Part shown: piece by piece, positions 22,448 through 45,517 of the stretch | Position numbering within the stretch: position 1 is the first letter of the stretch | Layout of the letters: the number at the start of each line of letters is the position of its first letter | From: Macrostomum lignano | Lineage: Eukaryota | DNA: 64,000 nt | Direction: 5' to 3' | Assembly: GCA_002269645.1 (NCBI GenBank) | Contig: NIVC01003714.1 | Span: 1 to 64,000 of the forward strand | The notes under the pieces: generated by a model | What the model was told of the DNA's origin: nothing | Databases searched by the model: none | Seen by the model: the letters and a program-made list of their open reading frames with translations, nothing else | Made by a program: the position numbers and the translations under genes

Positions 22448-24012
22448 TTAGATTTTCCTGAATATGAATCTGCAATGTCTGCAACATCTTTTCTTCCGGC
22501 CGCGCGCCAGCAGCAACAGCAGAAGAAGCAGCACGGGCGGCAGCAGCAGCGCCAAAGAAGGATGCGCGCCGGAGGCCCGAATCGATGCAGGCGACCGCTG
22601 AAGCCGCTCTGCAAGGACGCGCCGACCCTGCAGCGACATCAGCAAGTAGGAGGAGGCGGCGCTGGCGGCCACCCCGGTGAGATGCAGCTCGCAGACTCCG
22701 CCAGCCACGCTGCCGACTACCAGCGGCCTCCGGGACGGCGGCGTTGGAAGCGACTGGCGGCCGAAGCAGCCGAGGCGCGGGTGCTGAGCCGTCAGAAGGG
22801 CCGCCAGCAGACGCGAGTCCAAGACAAAATCCAGGAATCCGATTCTGCCGCAGGCGAACACTGTGAGTGGGTGAGAGGGAGAGGGTGAGAGGGAGATGGG
22901 TGAGAGGGAGAGGGTGAGAGTGGGAGAGGCGGTGAGGGAAAGCGGTGAGAGTGGGAGAGAGAGACCGGGGGTGAGAATGAGAGGGTGAGAGTAGGGGGTG
23001 AGAGGGAGAGAGGTGAGAGTGGGAGAGGGGATAAGAGGGAGATGGGTGAGAGGGAGATGGGTGAGAGGGAGAGGTGAGTGAGGAGGGGGTGAGAGGGAAA
23101 GTGAGAGGGGATGAGAGTGGGAGAGGGGGTGAGAGGGAGAGGTGAGTGGGGAGGTGGTGGGAGGGAAAGTGAGAGGGGATGAGAGTGGGAGAGGGGGTGA
23201 GAGGGAGATGTGAGTGGGGAGGTGGTGGGAGGGAAAGTGAGGGGGTGGGCGAGTGCGAGAGGGGATGAGAGTGAGAGAGGGGGTAAGAGGGAGTTGAGCA
23301 CGCCCCCTTACACAAATCCCTCAAGTTCCGCAGCAAGGCGGCAAAACTTTGGACTGGGGCAGGCGATGCTGAGCTGACAACTCATAGGGGCCGAACATGC
23401 GATTCGCGACCAAGAGGGCCTGCAGCCCCCAGGGCACGGAGAGTGCAAGGCGGGCATGCAAGCAGACGCCGGAGCAACTGCGGCAACTCACTCACCCTGC
23501 TCCAGGGCCAGGTCGAACATCAGCGGGCGGCTTCGCCGGCGAACCTTCGAACTTCGGCGACCGGTAAGTCGACTGGCTCGCCAGGGCGCCAGGAGGTCCA
23601 GCAGGAGCTGCCGGTGCTCCAGCAGGGCGCGGCCGCACAGCTGGGCCATCCGGCGACGCAGGCCGAGTGAAGGCGGAGCGCAGCCGGACTGAGGGGTGCG
23701 TGCGGTGTTGCTGTGGGATGCGCACTGAGAGCGCAGGATTCTGCGGCCCACCGCAGGGCTACTGGCTAAGTTAATTAACAAGTTCCCAGCGGATTACTCG
23801 TTATGTTTATCAGTTGGCTTAGCAGGAAAAACAAGACTGGATTAGACAGACAACACGGGATGCTTCCCAGAAAATCCGACTGCTCTTTGCTTACAGATAA
23901 TACCGCTAACGCCTTAACTGGCCTATCAACTGGGATTTCCTTAGACTAAACTACTAATAGTAGCGTAAAAGAAAATCTGCGTTACCAAAATGATGCTCCT
24001 AAATTATGCCCC

Positions 24013-24084
<72 letters not shown>

Positions 24085-24105
24085 CAGATAGATAGATAGA
24101 TAGAC

Positions 24106-24140
<35 letters not shown>

Positions 24141-24161
24141 CAGATAGATAGATAGATAGAC

Positions 24162-24216
<55 letters not shown>

Positions 24217-26738
24217 CAGATCAAGCAGTTCCCCATCAGTATGAAACAAGGTGCCATAGCAACTCTCACGGCTTCAATAAAAGTCGCATAGAGTATCTGG
24301 TGCGTGAGGTGGTAGCCCCGAGCTCCATCTCCGTGCAGCATCAGCCTGAGGCAGCTGGAGTCGAACCGGCACCGGTCTTTGTTCCTGTGCACATCGAGCA
24401 GGCACTGGTCGCTGCGGGACTCTGTGAATTCCTCTGCAAATGGCGCACAGGTGGCACAGTGTATTGGCATGAGGGATCTGCCAATACTGTACACAGACAC
24501 GCACTCAGGATGTACACTTTCTGTGCATTGAGGGGTTGGCCGTAAAAGTTTGAATTGTACAACACACATTGGAATTCCAGTAGTAACCAGTAGTAAACAA
24601 TGAAGTTTTTAAACATTTTTAAGTGTAAATAGACATTAAAAATTTACCTTTCAGTTTGGCTTCATCAACTGCTCCTTCTGAATTCCAGTTTCCAGTGTTA
24701 TGCTCAGCAGTGAGCAGTTCGTATTGAACTTTTGGCCTCCAACTGCTAGACAGAAGAAATCCCATGTTAGCAAAGTACACCTCATCCGATTGCTGCACCC
24801 TTGGCAAGGACTGATTGACAGTGCGACGTGAGACAAGCTGCAGTTGGAGTAGCACCTGCCGCATCTGGTCTGGCAAGGTGGGCTCTGTGGCTAGCAGGTG
24901 TTCCAGTGCACCTAAAAGATTGAATTTTTACAAGTAATAGTACTTTGGCAGCAAGACGTTTTGGCAAAAATTTTGGGGCAAATCAAGTTTTGGTGAAAAG
25001 CATACAATATGAATGTATGAATAAAATTGGATTTGACAAACAATTTATATTTGTATATCATTCATTACAAAAGTAAGATTAACTATAAATAGTGTCACAA
25101 AGATACTATATTAGTAAAATGAAAATAAAAGTCAGTTATGCACTTCATTAAAACATTTAAAATATCTTATTGATTTTAATTTCAAAAGAAAAAAGTCATT
25201 AAAAGAAAATAAAATAAAACAATCAGTCCATTTTAGTAAGTTATTAACTCACTATGAAATTATAGATGGACATTTCAGGACATTTAGCCAACTACAGGAG
25301 TCAAGTTAGCGGCAAAGCTAACTTGCTTCCTTGATAGTATTGCTTCCACAGCTTCCAGAATTTGCCTCATCTTTGAAGCTGGTCTTTTTGCTATTTTGTT
25401 ACTTTGTTAAATTGATGTATTTGGAGATTTACCAAAATAACCTAATATTATTGCTGAGATATCACCAAAGTGTCCATTGCCAATGTCTTGTTGGTAAAGT
25501 GACTAGTAGCCAATTTTACTTGCTTTTATCAAACAATTATAAGAATACATTAAATCAAGAATTAAAAAAGTTATTAAAAGCAAAAGTTAATTCAGATAGT
25601 TAATTATAATAAATCAAATCTAAATGATACATCTATTGCAACTTACAAAGGTTGGCAAACTCTAGCCCATATATCACATGTGGCCTACAAAGCCTCTTTT
25701 TGGCCCTGAAGTCCTTTGGAACTTTATAATAGCAATCTGGCCTACTTAGGCTTTGTCTTTTATGAGTATCTTTTCTGTTCTCTATTCTCTCTACCCTCTC
25801 ATTTATTTTCTGTCTTTTCCTTTCCTCTCCTAGCTCTCTTTTCTCTTCTTTTTTCTTTTCTAACCTTTCTCCTCTCCTTACTCTTTCCTTCTCATCTTAC
25901 TTCTCTCTCTATTCCTCTTTTTTCTTCCCACTCTTCTCCCTACTCCTTTCCCTTTTTTTCTATATTCCTCTTCCCACTATTCTCCCTATTCATTTTTTCT
26001 TTCATATTTTTTATCTTTTCCCTTTTCTTTTATATATATCATTTTTATCTCTGATCTTGTTTCTTATTTTTATCTTTATTCTCATTACTTTTATCTTTTT
26101 CTTTTGTCATTATTCCCTTTCTTTCAAGTTTTACCTAACCTATAATAATGATTGAGATTATTAATCTGGCCTAGCCGCCTATATGATAAAAAATTTGTGA
26201 ATATCTAATTTGGCAATAATATAACTATTCTAAAATTAAATTATAACTATAAAGAACTAAAAGTAAAATATTTTATTAGGCCTAATTAATTAATTTTTAA
26301 TTTTTTTTAGCTTTTATATATAATCTATAATATAAATTTGGATTTTGGATATTGATAATATTATTTTTATTTTTATAATTTATAGGCTATATCCTAAACT
26401 TATATCTAAAAATTAAATATTTTAAATCAAGTATAAAGTATCATAACAAGCATAGAGATAAATGATTTAATCCTTAGGCCTATATAAGTTTTTGCCAGTT
26501 TTAGTACTTGAGGCAACATTTTAATATTTTGATAAAAATGATAAAATAAAATTTCAATAAAGAAAATTATTAGGCCAAAGTGTAGGTGGTAAAATATAAT
26601 ATTTGGTTTTCTCTTACCTTCAATAGCACAAAGACCAAAAAGCCCATCAATGCTAAGTGGGTCTTGATTTTTTATGAAAAAATCTAATATTTTTATAATT
26701 AAAGGTAGTAAATACTCAAAAGAAAAATAAAATGCCAT
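22448..26738 (-). CDS. C16orf89: C16orf89/UPF0764 (DUF4735)-like protein with a C-terminal hydrophobic segment, about 387 aa; 5' end uncertain
   Basis: Exons 26738(?)-26618, 24884-24648, 24433-24270, 23724-23496, 22860-22448; phases fit. Motifs: ILDFF...[64 protein letters not shown]. These match remembered C16orf89 segments (FSEERSDVCL, GYCLSHQLLF, GCFG, CSSHNTATA). Confidence 0.78.
22865..23290. repeat. GA-rich degenerate satellite abutting the last acceptor of the C16orf89-like gene
   Basis: Purine-rich GAGAGGGAGATGGGT-type units on the plus strand. Confidence 0.85.
24013..24217. repeat. (GATA)n microsatellite
   Basis: Directly visible. Confidence 0.95.
25740..26110. repeat. Low-complexity polypyrimidine (CT-rich) tract
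   Basis: Almost exclusively C/T on the plus strand. Confidence 0.7.
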
Positions 26739-29589
26739 TGCTATTCAATTCAGAGTATCATTTATTGCAGACTACCAGCTGAATAGAGATAAAATAGTTT
26801 TTGAAAGTGTTAGAATTAGAGGTTTTAGTCACTGAACAACTTGATTAATGATAGTGTTAAAGTTAAATAACCTTAAAGTTCTCAGTTAAATAAACAAATT
26901 TGATATCGAATGTCAATAACAATAGTGATTATGAACACGAATATCTGCATTGTAAGAAATCACTAGCCCTAGCACCTAAGAATGAATCTAATTACTTATG
27001 ACACTAAGAACTCAATGAAATGAAATGATTGTTGTGAAAAGTATAGTTTTTGCATTTTTCGATGTAAATAATATGTATAGAGAATTCATAAACTCAATTG
27101 TCATGGTCATGAGATAAGTGTGAATTATTTTACATATTGAGTCTTGAAGCAAGTGACAGTCTGCCTGCAGCGCCTGCTCGCCTGTGTGGCCCTAGCTGCT
27201 AAGTGCTAGACCTGGATTTATACCTGCTTTTTCTTTGAATTTTATAAAAATTAAAATATTCTAGATAGGAAATATTTGTGCCAATTTAAAAAAGCTTTAA
27301 CTCAATAAAATAAACAAAAAAATTAACTTTTTTTTGGTGCCTTTTTGTTTTACATAAAATATACATAGAACGACGCATTTGTTATTATTGAAACGAAAAT
27401 GTCCGTTTATACTGACGTAGATACAGCTAGATATAACAAATCAGAAGGCTTTATAAGCTACATGCATACGCCCTCACGAGAAGACGAATATCTATTGGTA
27501 TGAATTATGCATGCTGCAGTTAAAAGAAAAAATGAGTTCAAAGAAATTTATTAGACTTTCATGTGGAACCAAACGGGAGGCCAGTGTGCACTGTCACAAT
27601 TACAATGTAATAGCGCGCCTGCGAATTTTTGACACTCTCGCACAATCGTGTGTACTTGCGGTAGCACGTAGAATCTGGAATGGTGAAAGCGCAACAAAAA
27701 TGGCAAACGTTGGCATACCCTTGAAGCACTAGCTTTGACGTCCGACAAACGTATCCGCCAACGATCGAGAACGTCGGTGTAATTAAGTGTAGGTAAAAGT
27801 AACACCCATTTCCCGCAATTTTTGAAGACGTCGGAAACATCGTCAACGTCTGAATGCTGCACAGTATAAGCGCGCATGCACCGGCTTTGTCAATTTTTGG
27901 CACAAGCGTGCAGGTAAATAATTACACCGAAGTCAAAGTTAACAGTGTTTAGTACCAAATAAAGTAATTCGACCATTCGATTCCCGGCAGGTGAAGCACC
28001 TTTTACTGCCGAAGTAGGACACGTCTCTTCGACTATAATTTTAATTCGACCATTTCCGATAGCCAACAGCTAGAGCTGACCTGCGCCTCTCACGCACTCC
28101 GAACAGCTTGCCATAAAACTTGGCAAATTTTGCGTGATTACGCGGCTTGTACTTCAGTTTTCGTCGCTTTGTACACCACTCATGGGATTTAATGGTTCAT
28201 TTGATGGCTATTTCATCAAGCCCTGAGTGGTTCTGATCTAAGGTTGACTCTGGATGCTGTGCTCGAACCAATCTTGCCCTCATTTCCGCCAATGCGCGCT
28301 TATGGCAGACTGTTAAGAGTGCGTGCGCTCTTTTGACAGCCCCTCATAACCAAGCCAGTACGTCTCCATGCGGTGCAATAGTCACTCATTCAAATTAATA
28401 AGGGCTTGACTTTCTGTTTCCCTCTTTTGAAGCACGTCTTAAAAAGCAGCGCGCTGCGAGCGTATAACTGCAGCATACAAACAGAGCTCGATCTTTTCAA
28501 CTCAATAAATCATCCGTTTTCGGGACCGAGAGAGGTCGCAGAGGAGACAAACCAGCAGCAGACTCCCCAGAGGTCTAAAACCTGTCCCTCTCCATCTCTG
28601 CGTGCATGCGGGGAGCTTTTCCATGTCCGCTCCACTGTCTGACACCGGCAGGCAGGCTGACAAACCGTCAACCATTTGAAGCAACGCCCGGCCAGAAATT
28701 GGTCGCTGCATGTCGGCTTTATTGCTGGCTGGGGGAGAGGGGAGATGGGGAAGCCTGTGCCGGGGGATCATTGTTGCCTCACTGTACAACACCGCATCCA
28801 AAAAAATTGGCTGATTGGCCATGCTGGACTGGGGGATTTTTCTTCGCGGGAGTGCATGCGGCCGGTTCAACCCTCTCCGCTTGATGGGGCTGGCTGTACG
28901 GCGACTTGGGAGGCTGTGAAGCTGGGCTTGGGGGAGAGCGGGAGACAGGGGAGAGATGGATGGAAGGGCGAGTATGCGGCGGGGCTCGCCTAGAAAGAGG
29001 CGCAGCAGTGTACGCCAGCGGCGACTGCCTCCCGCGATTCTCAAAGCTGCCCGCCAGGCCGTCTCACCGCGGCCCGTCCTTGCTCTCCAGTGCACTCTGC
29101 AGGGCCAGCAGTGCGCGCGGGCAGCAGTCTGCATGCAAGTGCCTGCTCCCCCCCCTAAAGCTCGGCTGCCACCCCAGTTTCTCTGCCCCGCCCTGCTCGA
29201 ATGCCAAAACATAGCAGTCGAGAGCGGCACCCAGTCAGACTGAAGCGGAACCAGTCGCAGGCAGCTGAACTCTGCATCGCTCGCTGATATCGGAGAGGCA
29301 ACTGGAGAAGGCCGATTTTCTAATAGCATTACAGTAGAAATAAACGGAGTCTATTAACTAGTAAGTTGATTGTTGTAATCGCTTGTTAGCGATATTTTTA
29401 TATTCGAGTTGAGGGCTCGAACACCAGTACATAGAGCACGTCAGCTAGATAGTAGGGTCCATTGCACTGTTCTGACGTGGCTCAAGACACGAGTCTCAGG
29501 ATTATAAAATCACTCAGGACAAGCTTCTCTAGGGGCCATAGTAGAGTTCTTTTAAAGGCCTAAGACACAAATCTAAGGGTGATGGCAAG

Positions 29590-29720
29590 GCTCAATTGAC
29601 AAGAATCTCAGGGTGCTGACAAGGCTCAACTGACAAGAATCTCAGGGTGCTGACAAGGCTCAATTGACCAAGAATCTCAGGGTGCTGACAAGGCTCAACT
29701 GACTAAGAATCTCAGAACTC
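29590..29720. repeat. Short tandem repeat (CAAGGCTCAACTGACAAGAATCTCAGGGTGCTGA-like), about 4 copies
   Basis: Visible tandem units upstream of the coiled-coil gene. Confidence 0.75.
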
Positions 29721-29855
29721 TCTAAAACATCTCTAAAGAGTAACCTCATGGAGTAGAGTCTCAGGGAAGTTGCTCCAAGAGTCAAAGGGCTTGCCAAGAA
29801 GCCGCAGATCTCAGGCTTCAATTCCGTCACAAAGCATCGGCTGTACAACTTGCAG

Positions 29856-41066
<11,211 letters not shown>

Positions 41067-42349
41067 CTTTCTAGGCTTCTTAATCACAACTTTCTTTCGC
41101 TTTAGACTACTGAAATTGCTGGACAGTAGCAAGTATGGAAAACTATCGTTAAATTATAGTAGACATCAGTAAAAAAAGTACATCATTGTTAGTGATAATG
41201 CCAGAGGTATTTGCGCCCCGGATGGGCCAGTTGGTAATTTGATGCTCATGCTACTTTCGATTGGGCGTCTGCTGGAATTTTTGGTCCAATTAAAATTAAA
41301 ACTAAATGTTACCATAGACTTCTCTGCTCTTTCCGACGACTTTTATTGGCTCACTTATCGATCGCTTCCCCTAGGCCTAGCCCAACCCTCCGACCGCCTC
41401 TTCCGCACCCGAAATCTCTTACCCCGAGGCCCCCCTGCCCCATTTTATTTGCCTTCCCCAGCCATGTACATTTTCAGAGGCGCCGGCTAATAATGTACAT
41501 TTCAGACTGCACTGATAGCAGGGTTCTTTTACGCTTCAGCTGTTTTCTGTACGTTTTCGTCCAAACTTAATGTCCTGACGAACAAATTAAGGAAGTCATG
41601 CGCACTCTTATGCCCAACAGAAAGTAGACTGGGTGCATTTTGTAAGAAAATTTATCGAGTGGCTTATGTAAAGGGGTTTCAATATGAAACTGGCTTACTT
41701 TTGCTACTGCCTACCCTTCAGTGGTACACAAGGTTCACATATCCTTTTAATGGCATTAGCATCATTGCAGCATAAATTAAATATTCGCTGTGATTCCATT
41801 GATGAGCCTGCTTGCCCGCTTGCCTATTGTGAAATATTCATGCTTTCCGGCAATCCATGTTTCACCAGAATTAGTCAAATTTTTAATGCCCTAATCATTG
41901 CTTGCGTCTCGCTACAGTTTTTGCTCTGTCTCTGCTTAAGTTTGCTTAATTAGAATTTAAAGTGCTTACAGAATTGTCTATCTGGCGATGCATTTGAGTG
42001 TTGAGCTGGGTTGAAAGCAAAGCTGTTAATTGTTTTTGTTAAAATTAGTAAACAATGCTTCCATGCCTAATCCAGCCTCGATAGTTGCTTTTAGCACTCG
42101 CATTTTGTTACAATGCCGCACATCTTGATTGCTTATTAATGCAGTGTAAAGCAGAAAAGAACTTTCTGTTTCTTGCTGTATTTGTCTGCTTAACGATTGA
42201 AGGCAATTTGTTTTGCAAAAAAGCTTTGGTTTATTTATTAGAGCACTGTACATTTAACTCAGTTGTTGTGTATGCCAATTGTATATCTTTATGCCTCATA
42301 AAGCACACGCCCTACTCACTGGAAGTTTACAAACGTAGAAATGCCTCCT

Positions 42350-42720
42350 AATCTGCCTTGCCCTCTTTCCTTTTTCACCCACTCCCTACGATATACACGC
42401 TCAGAAAGTCTCTTCCCCTGGCCTTGCCTTCTATTTTTCTACCCCGCGAAGCGCCCACCTCATTCCCAGGATGTACACACTCCCTTCTAATTTCCTACCC
42501 CGCGAAGCGCCCATCCCCCTCTCAAGATGTACACACTCAGTGAAAGTCTCTTCCCCTGGGTCTTGCCTTCTAATTTCCTACCCCGCGAAGCGCCCACCTC
42601 ACTCCCAGTATGTACACGCTCAGTGAAGGTCTCTTCCCCTGGCCTTGCCTTCTACGAGTACGAGCGCATTATAATTTCCTATCCCGCGAAGCACCCACCC
42701 GATTCCCTAGATGTGTAAAT
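42350..42720. repeat. Degenerate repeat of roughly 70-80 bp, about 4 copies (CTCTTCCCCTGGCCTTGCCTTCTA...CCCCGCGAAGCGCCC)
   Basis: Recurring motifs visible. Confidence 0.65.
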
Positions 42721-43109
42721 ATAAACTATATAAAAACTGTTGTTCGCTAACATTGGCTCTCGCTTCCTCTGTCAGTAGTAGTTTTATTAAAAACAAAACT
42801 ATAATAAGTATATGGCTTTCCCTTGTATTATGCTTTGTCAAAATTTTTCCAAGTTTATTCGACTAGCTCTATTATGTACTTGAGATTTCGTTCCTAAATA
42901 CAAAACACACACCGAAAATGAAGATGTAAATATTAAAACATCGCATCAAAAACGTTGTCACTATTGCCCAGTAAGATGTAATTTTCATTGTTTTTGAGTA
43001 AAAAATGATTGCGAAATTCTACGAATTGAAACTTTGATAATCAAATATACATTCCAATTGGGCGTTGAAGAGACTAAGGTTCAGTCTACGCACAGACAGA
43101 CGCACACTT

Positions 43110-44535
43110 GGCTTACATAATGGATTGGGGTGGAGCTTGGCGTACATAATGGATTGGGGTGGAGCTTGGCGTACATAATGGACTGGGGTGGAGCTTGGCG
43201 TACATAATGGATTGGGGTGGAGCTTGGCGTACATAATGGATTGGGTGGGGCTTGGCGTACATAATGGATTGGGGTGGAGCTTGGCGTACATAATGGATTG
43301 GGGTGGAGCTTGGCGTACATAATGGATTGGGGTGGAGCTTGGCGTACATAATGGATTGGGTGGGGCTTGGCGTACATAATGGATTGGGGTGGAGCTTGGC
43401 GTACATAATGGATTGGGGTGGAGCTTGGCGTACATAATGGATTGGGGTGGAGCTTGGCGTACATAATGGATTGGGTGGGGCTTGGCGTACATAATGGATT
43501 GGGGTGGAGCTTGGCGTACATAATGGATTGGGGTGGAGCTTGGCGTACATAATGGATTGGGGTGGAGCTTGGCGTACATAATGGATTGGGGTGGGCTTGG
43601 CGTACATAATGGATTGGGGTGGAGCTTGGCGTACATAATGGATTGGGGTGGAGCTTGGCGTACATAATGGATTGGGTGGGGCTTGGCGTACATAATGGAT
43701 TGGGTGGAGCTTGGCGTACATAATGGATTGGGGTGGAGCTTGGCGTACATAATGGATTGGGTGGGGCTTGGCGTACATAATGGATTGGGGTGGAGCTTGG
43801 CGTACATAATGGATTGGGTGGGGCTTGGCGTACATAATGGATTGGGGTGGAGCTTGGCGTACATAATGGATTGGGTGGGGCTTGGCGTACATAATGGATT
43901 GGGGTGGAGCTTGGCGTACATAATGGATTGGGGTGGAGCTTGGCGTACATAATGGATTGGGTGGGGCTTGGCGTACATAATGGATTGGGGTGGAGCTTGG
44001 CGTACATAATGGATTGGGGTGGAGCTTGGCGTACATAATGGATTGGGGTGGGGCTTGGCGTACATAATGGATTGGGTGGGGCTTGGCGTACATAATGGAT
44101 TGGGGTGGAGCTTGGCGTACATAATGGATTGGGGTGGAGCTTGGCGTACATAATGGATTGGGTGGAGCTTGGCGTACATAATGGATTGGGGTGGGGCTTG
44201 GTGTACATAATGGATTGGGTGGGGCTTGGCGTACATAATGGATTGGGTGGGGCTTGGCGTACATAATGGATTGGGGTGGAGCTTGGCGTACATAATGGAT
44301 TGGGTGGGGCTTGGCGTACATAATGGACTGGGGTGGAGCTTGGCGTACATAATGGATTGGGGTGGAGCTTGGCGTATATAATGGATTGGGTGGGGCTTGG
44401 CGTACATAATGGATTGGGTGGGGCTTGGCGTACATAATGGACTGGGGGTGGGGCTTGGCGTACATAATGGATTGGGGTGGGGCTTGGTGTACATAATGAA
44501 TTGGGGTGGGGCTTGGCGTACATAATGGATTAAGG
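43110..44535. repeat. 29-30-bp G-rich minisatellite (GGCGTACATAATGGATTGGGGTGGAGCTT), about 48 copies, intergenic
   Basis: Visible; source of three overlapping ORFs of about 500 aa. Confidence 0.95.
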
Positions 44536-45517
44536 TGGGGTACACCAATCAATTTTAGAATCATTAGAAGATATATACATGTACGAGCTAACAATTAAGT
44601 GACGTCGCGTGCCATTATTGTTACGTGGCTTTGAAAATCCCCAGAATAGATTTACAAAAAGGTAAAGCCTAAGTAAGGAGGCAAGGCTAGAGTAAAATCG
44701 GCGGGCATAAATGATGAGGCAGCCAAGACAATAGAATGCCGCAAGCAAGTAGGAGTTCACAGTGGAATGCAGCAGCGCATGACAAAACTATAGCAGCCAG
44801 CATCCGTTTCAGAGAGACATCAAAGGCGAGGCGGCTAACTGGCCCATGCGGTTGACAGGCGGACACGGCCCGGCGCGGAGGCCGCTTCAGGGGAGGAACA
44901 GCTGGCGCAGCCAAGACCGACCGCCAACCCCGAAGGAGCGTACAGCTTTACTTCTTTGAGTTAAAGTGAAGAAAAACGCGATGTTTTCCGTTGTAAGCTC
45001 TCAAAAATACAGCAGAATCCGCTAGACAACATAAAGGCTATACGCAGTTGATAAAGAGAGCTTTACAAGTGTAATGTTAAGAATTTCGGCGTGATCATAA
45101 TTACAATTTTAAAAACACTTGATGGTTGGGATGGCACACTGCAGTGGTACATCCTCCTTGGTGAGAAATGAAGGGGTGCAAAACAGAGGGAAAGAGAAGC
45201 CACAGGAAACAGAAGTACGGCCAGAACTGCGTCTTTCGTTAATTAGCGCGCTCTCAAGGTGCCCGTTGCTAGGAACGCCAATGCCTCTCCTCTCTGCTCC
45301 CCACCTCTCCTTCCCCCTAAGACTGAAGCGGACAATTAGCATCGGAACAAGGACCACTAGTATGGACATTTTTGCATCGGAAGCGATGCAGCGAGATGCA
45401 AAAATGACTTAAAATAGATGGGCTTTGGACTCTGGCACGGACCAACTGTTGACAGTTGCAACAGTGCATGGCAACAAGCAATTTTTAGCATCCAAGCTGC
45501 ATTCATTCCCGATAAAT

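Noticed and set aside
22475-22888. Plus-strand Gln-rich ORF with an apparent GT donor
   Set aside because: The minus strand encodes the conserved DUF4735 C-terminus in phase with the upstream exons.
27400-29330. ORFs 27551..27877 and 28502..29329 as genes, transposon remnants or 5' exons
   Set aside because: No recognisable motif or phase-consistent splice link that I could establish; left unannotated.
43019-44594. Three ORFs of about 500 aa
   Set aside because: All three minus frames are open because of a 29-30-bp satellite; not a gene.
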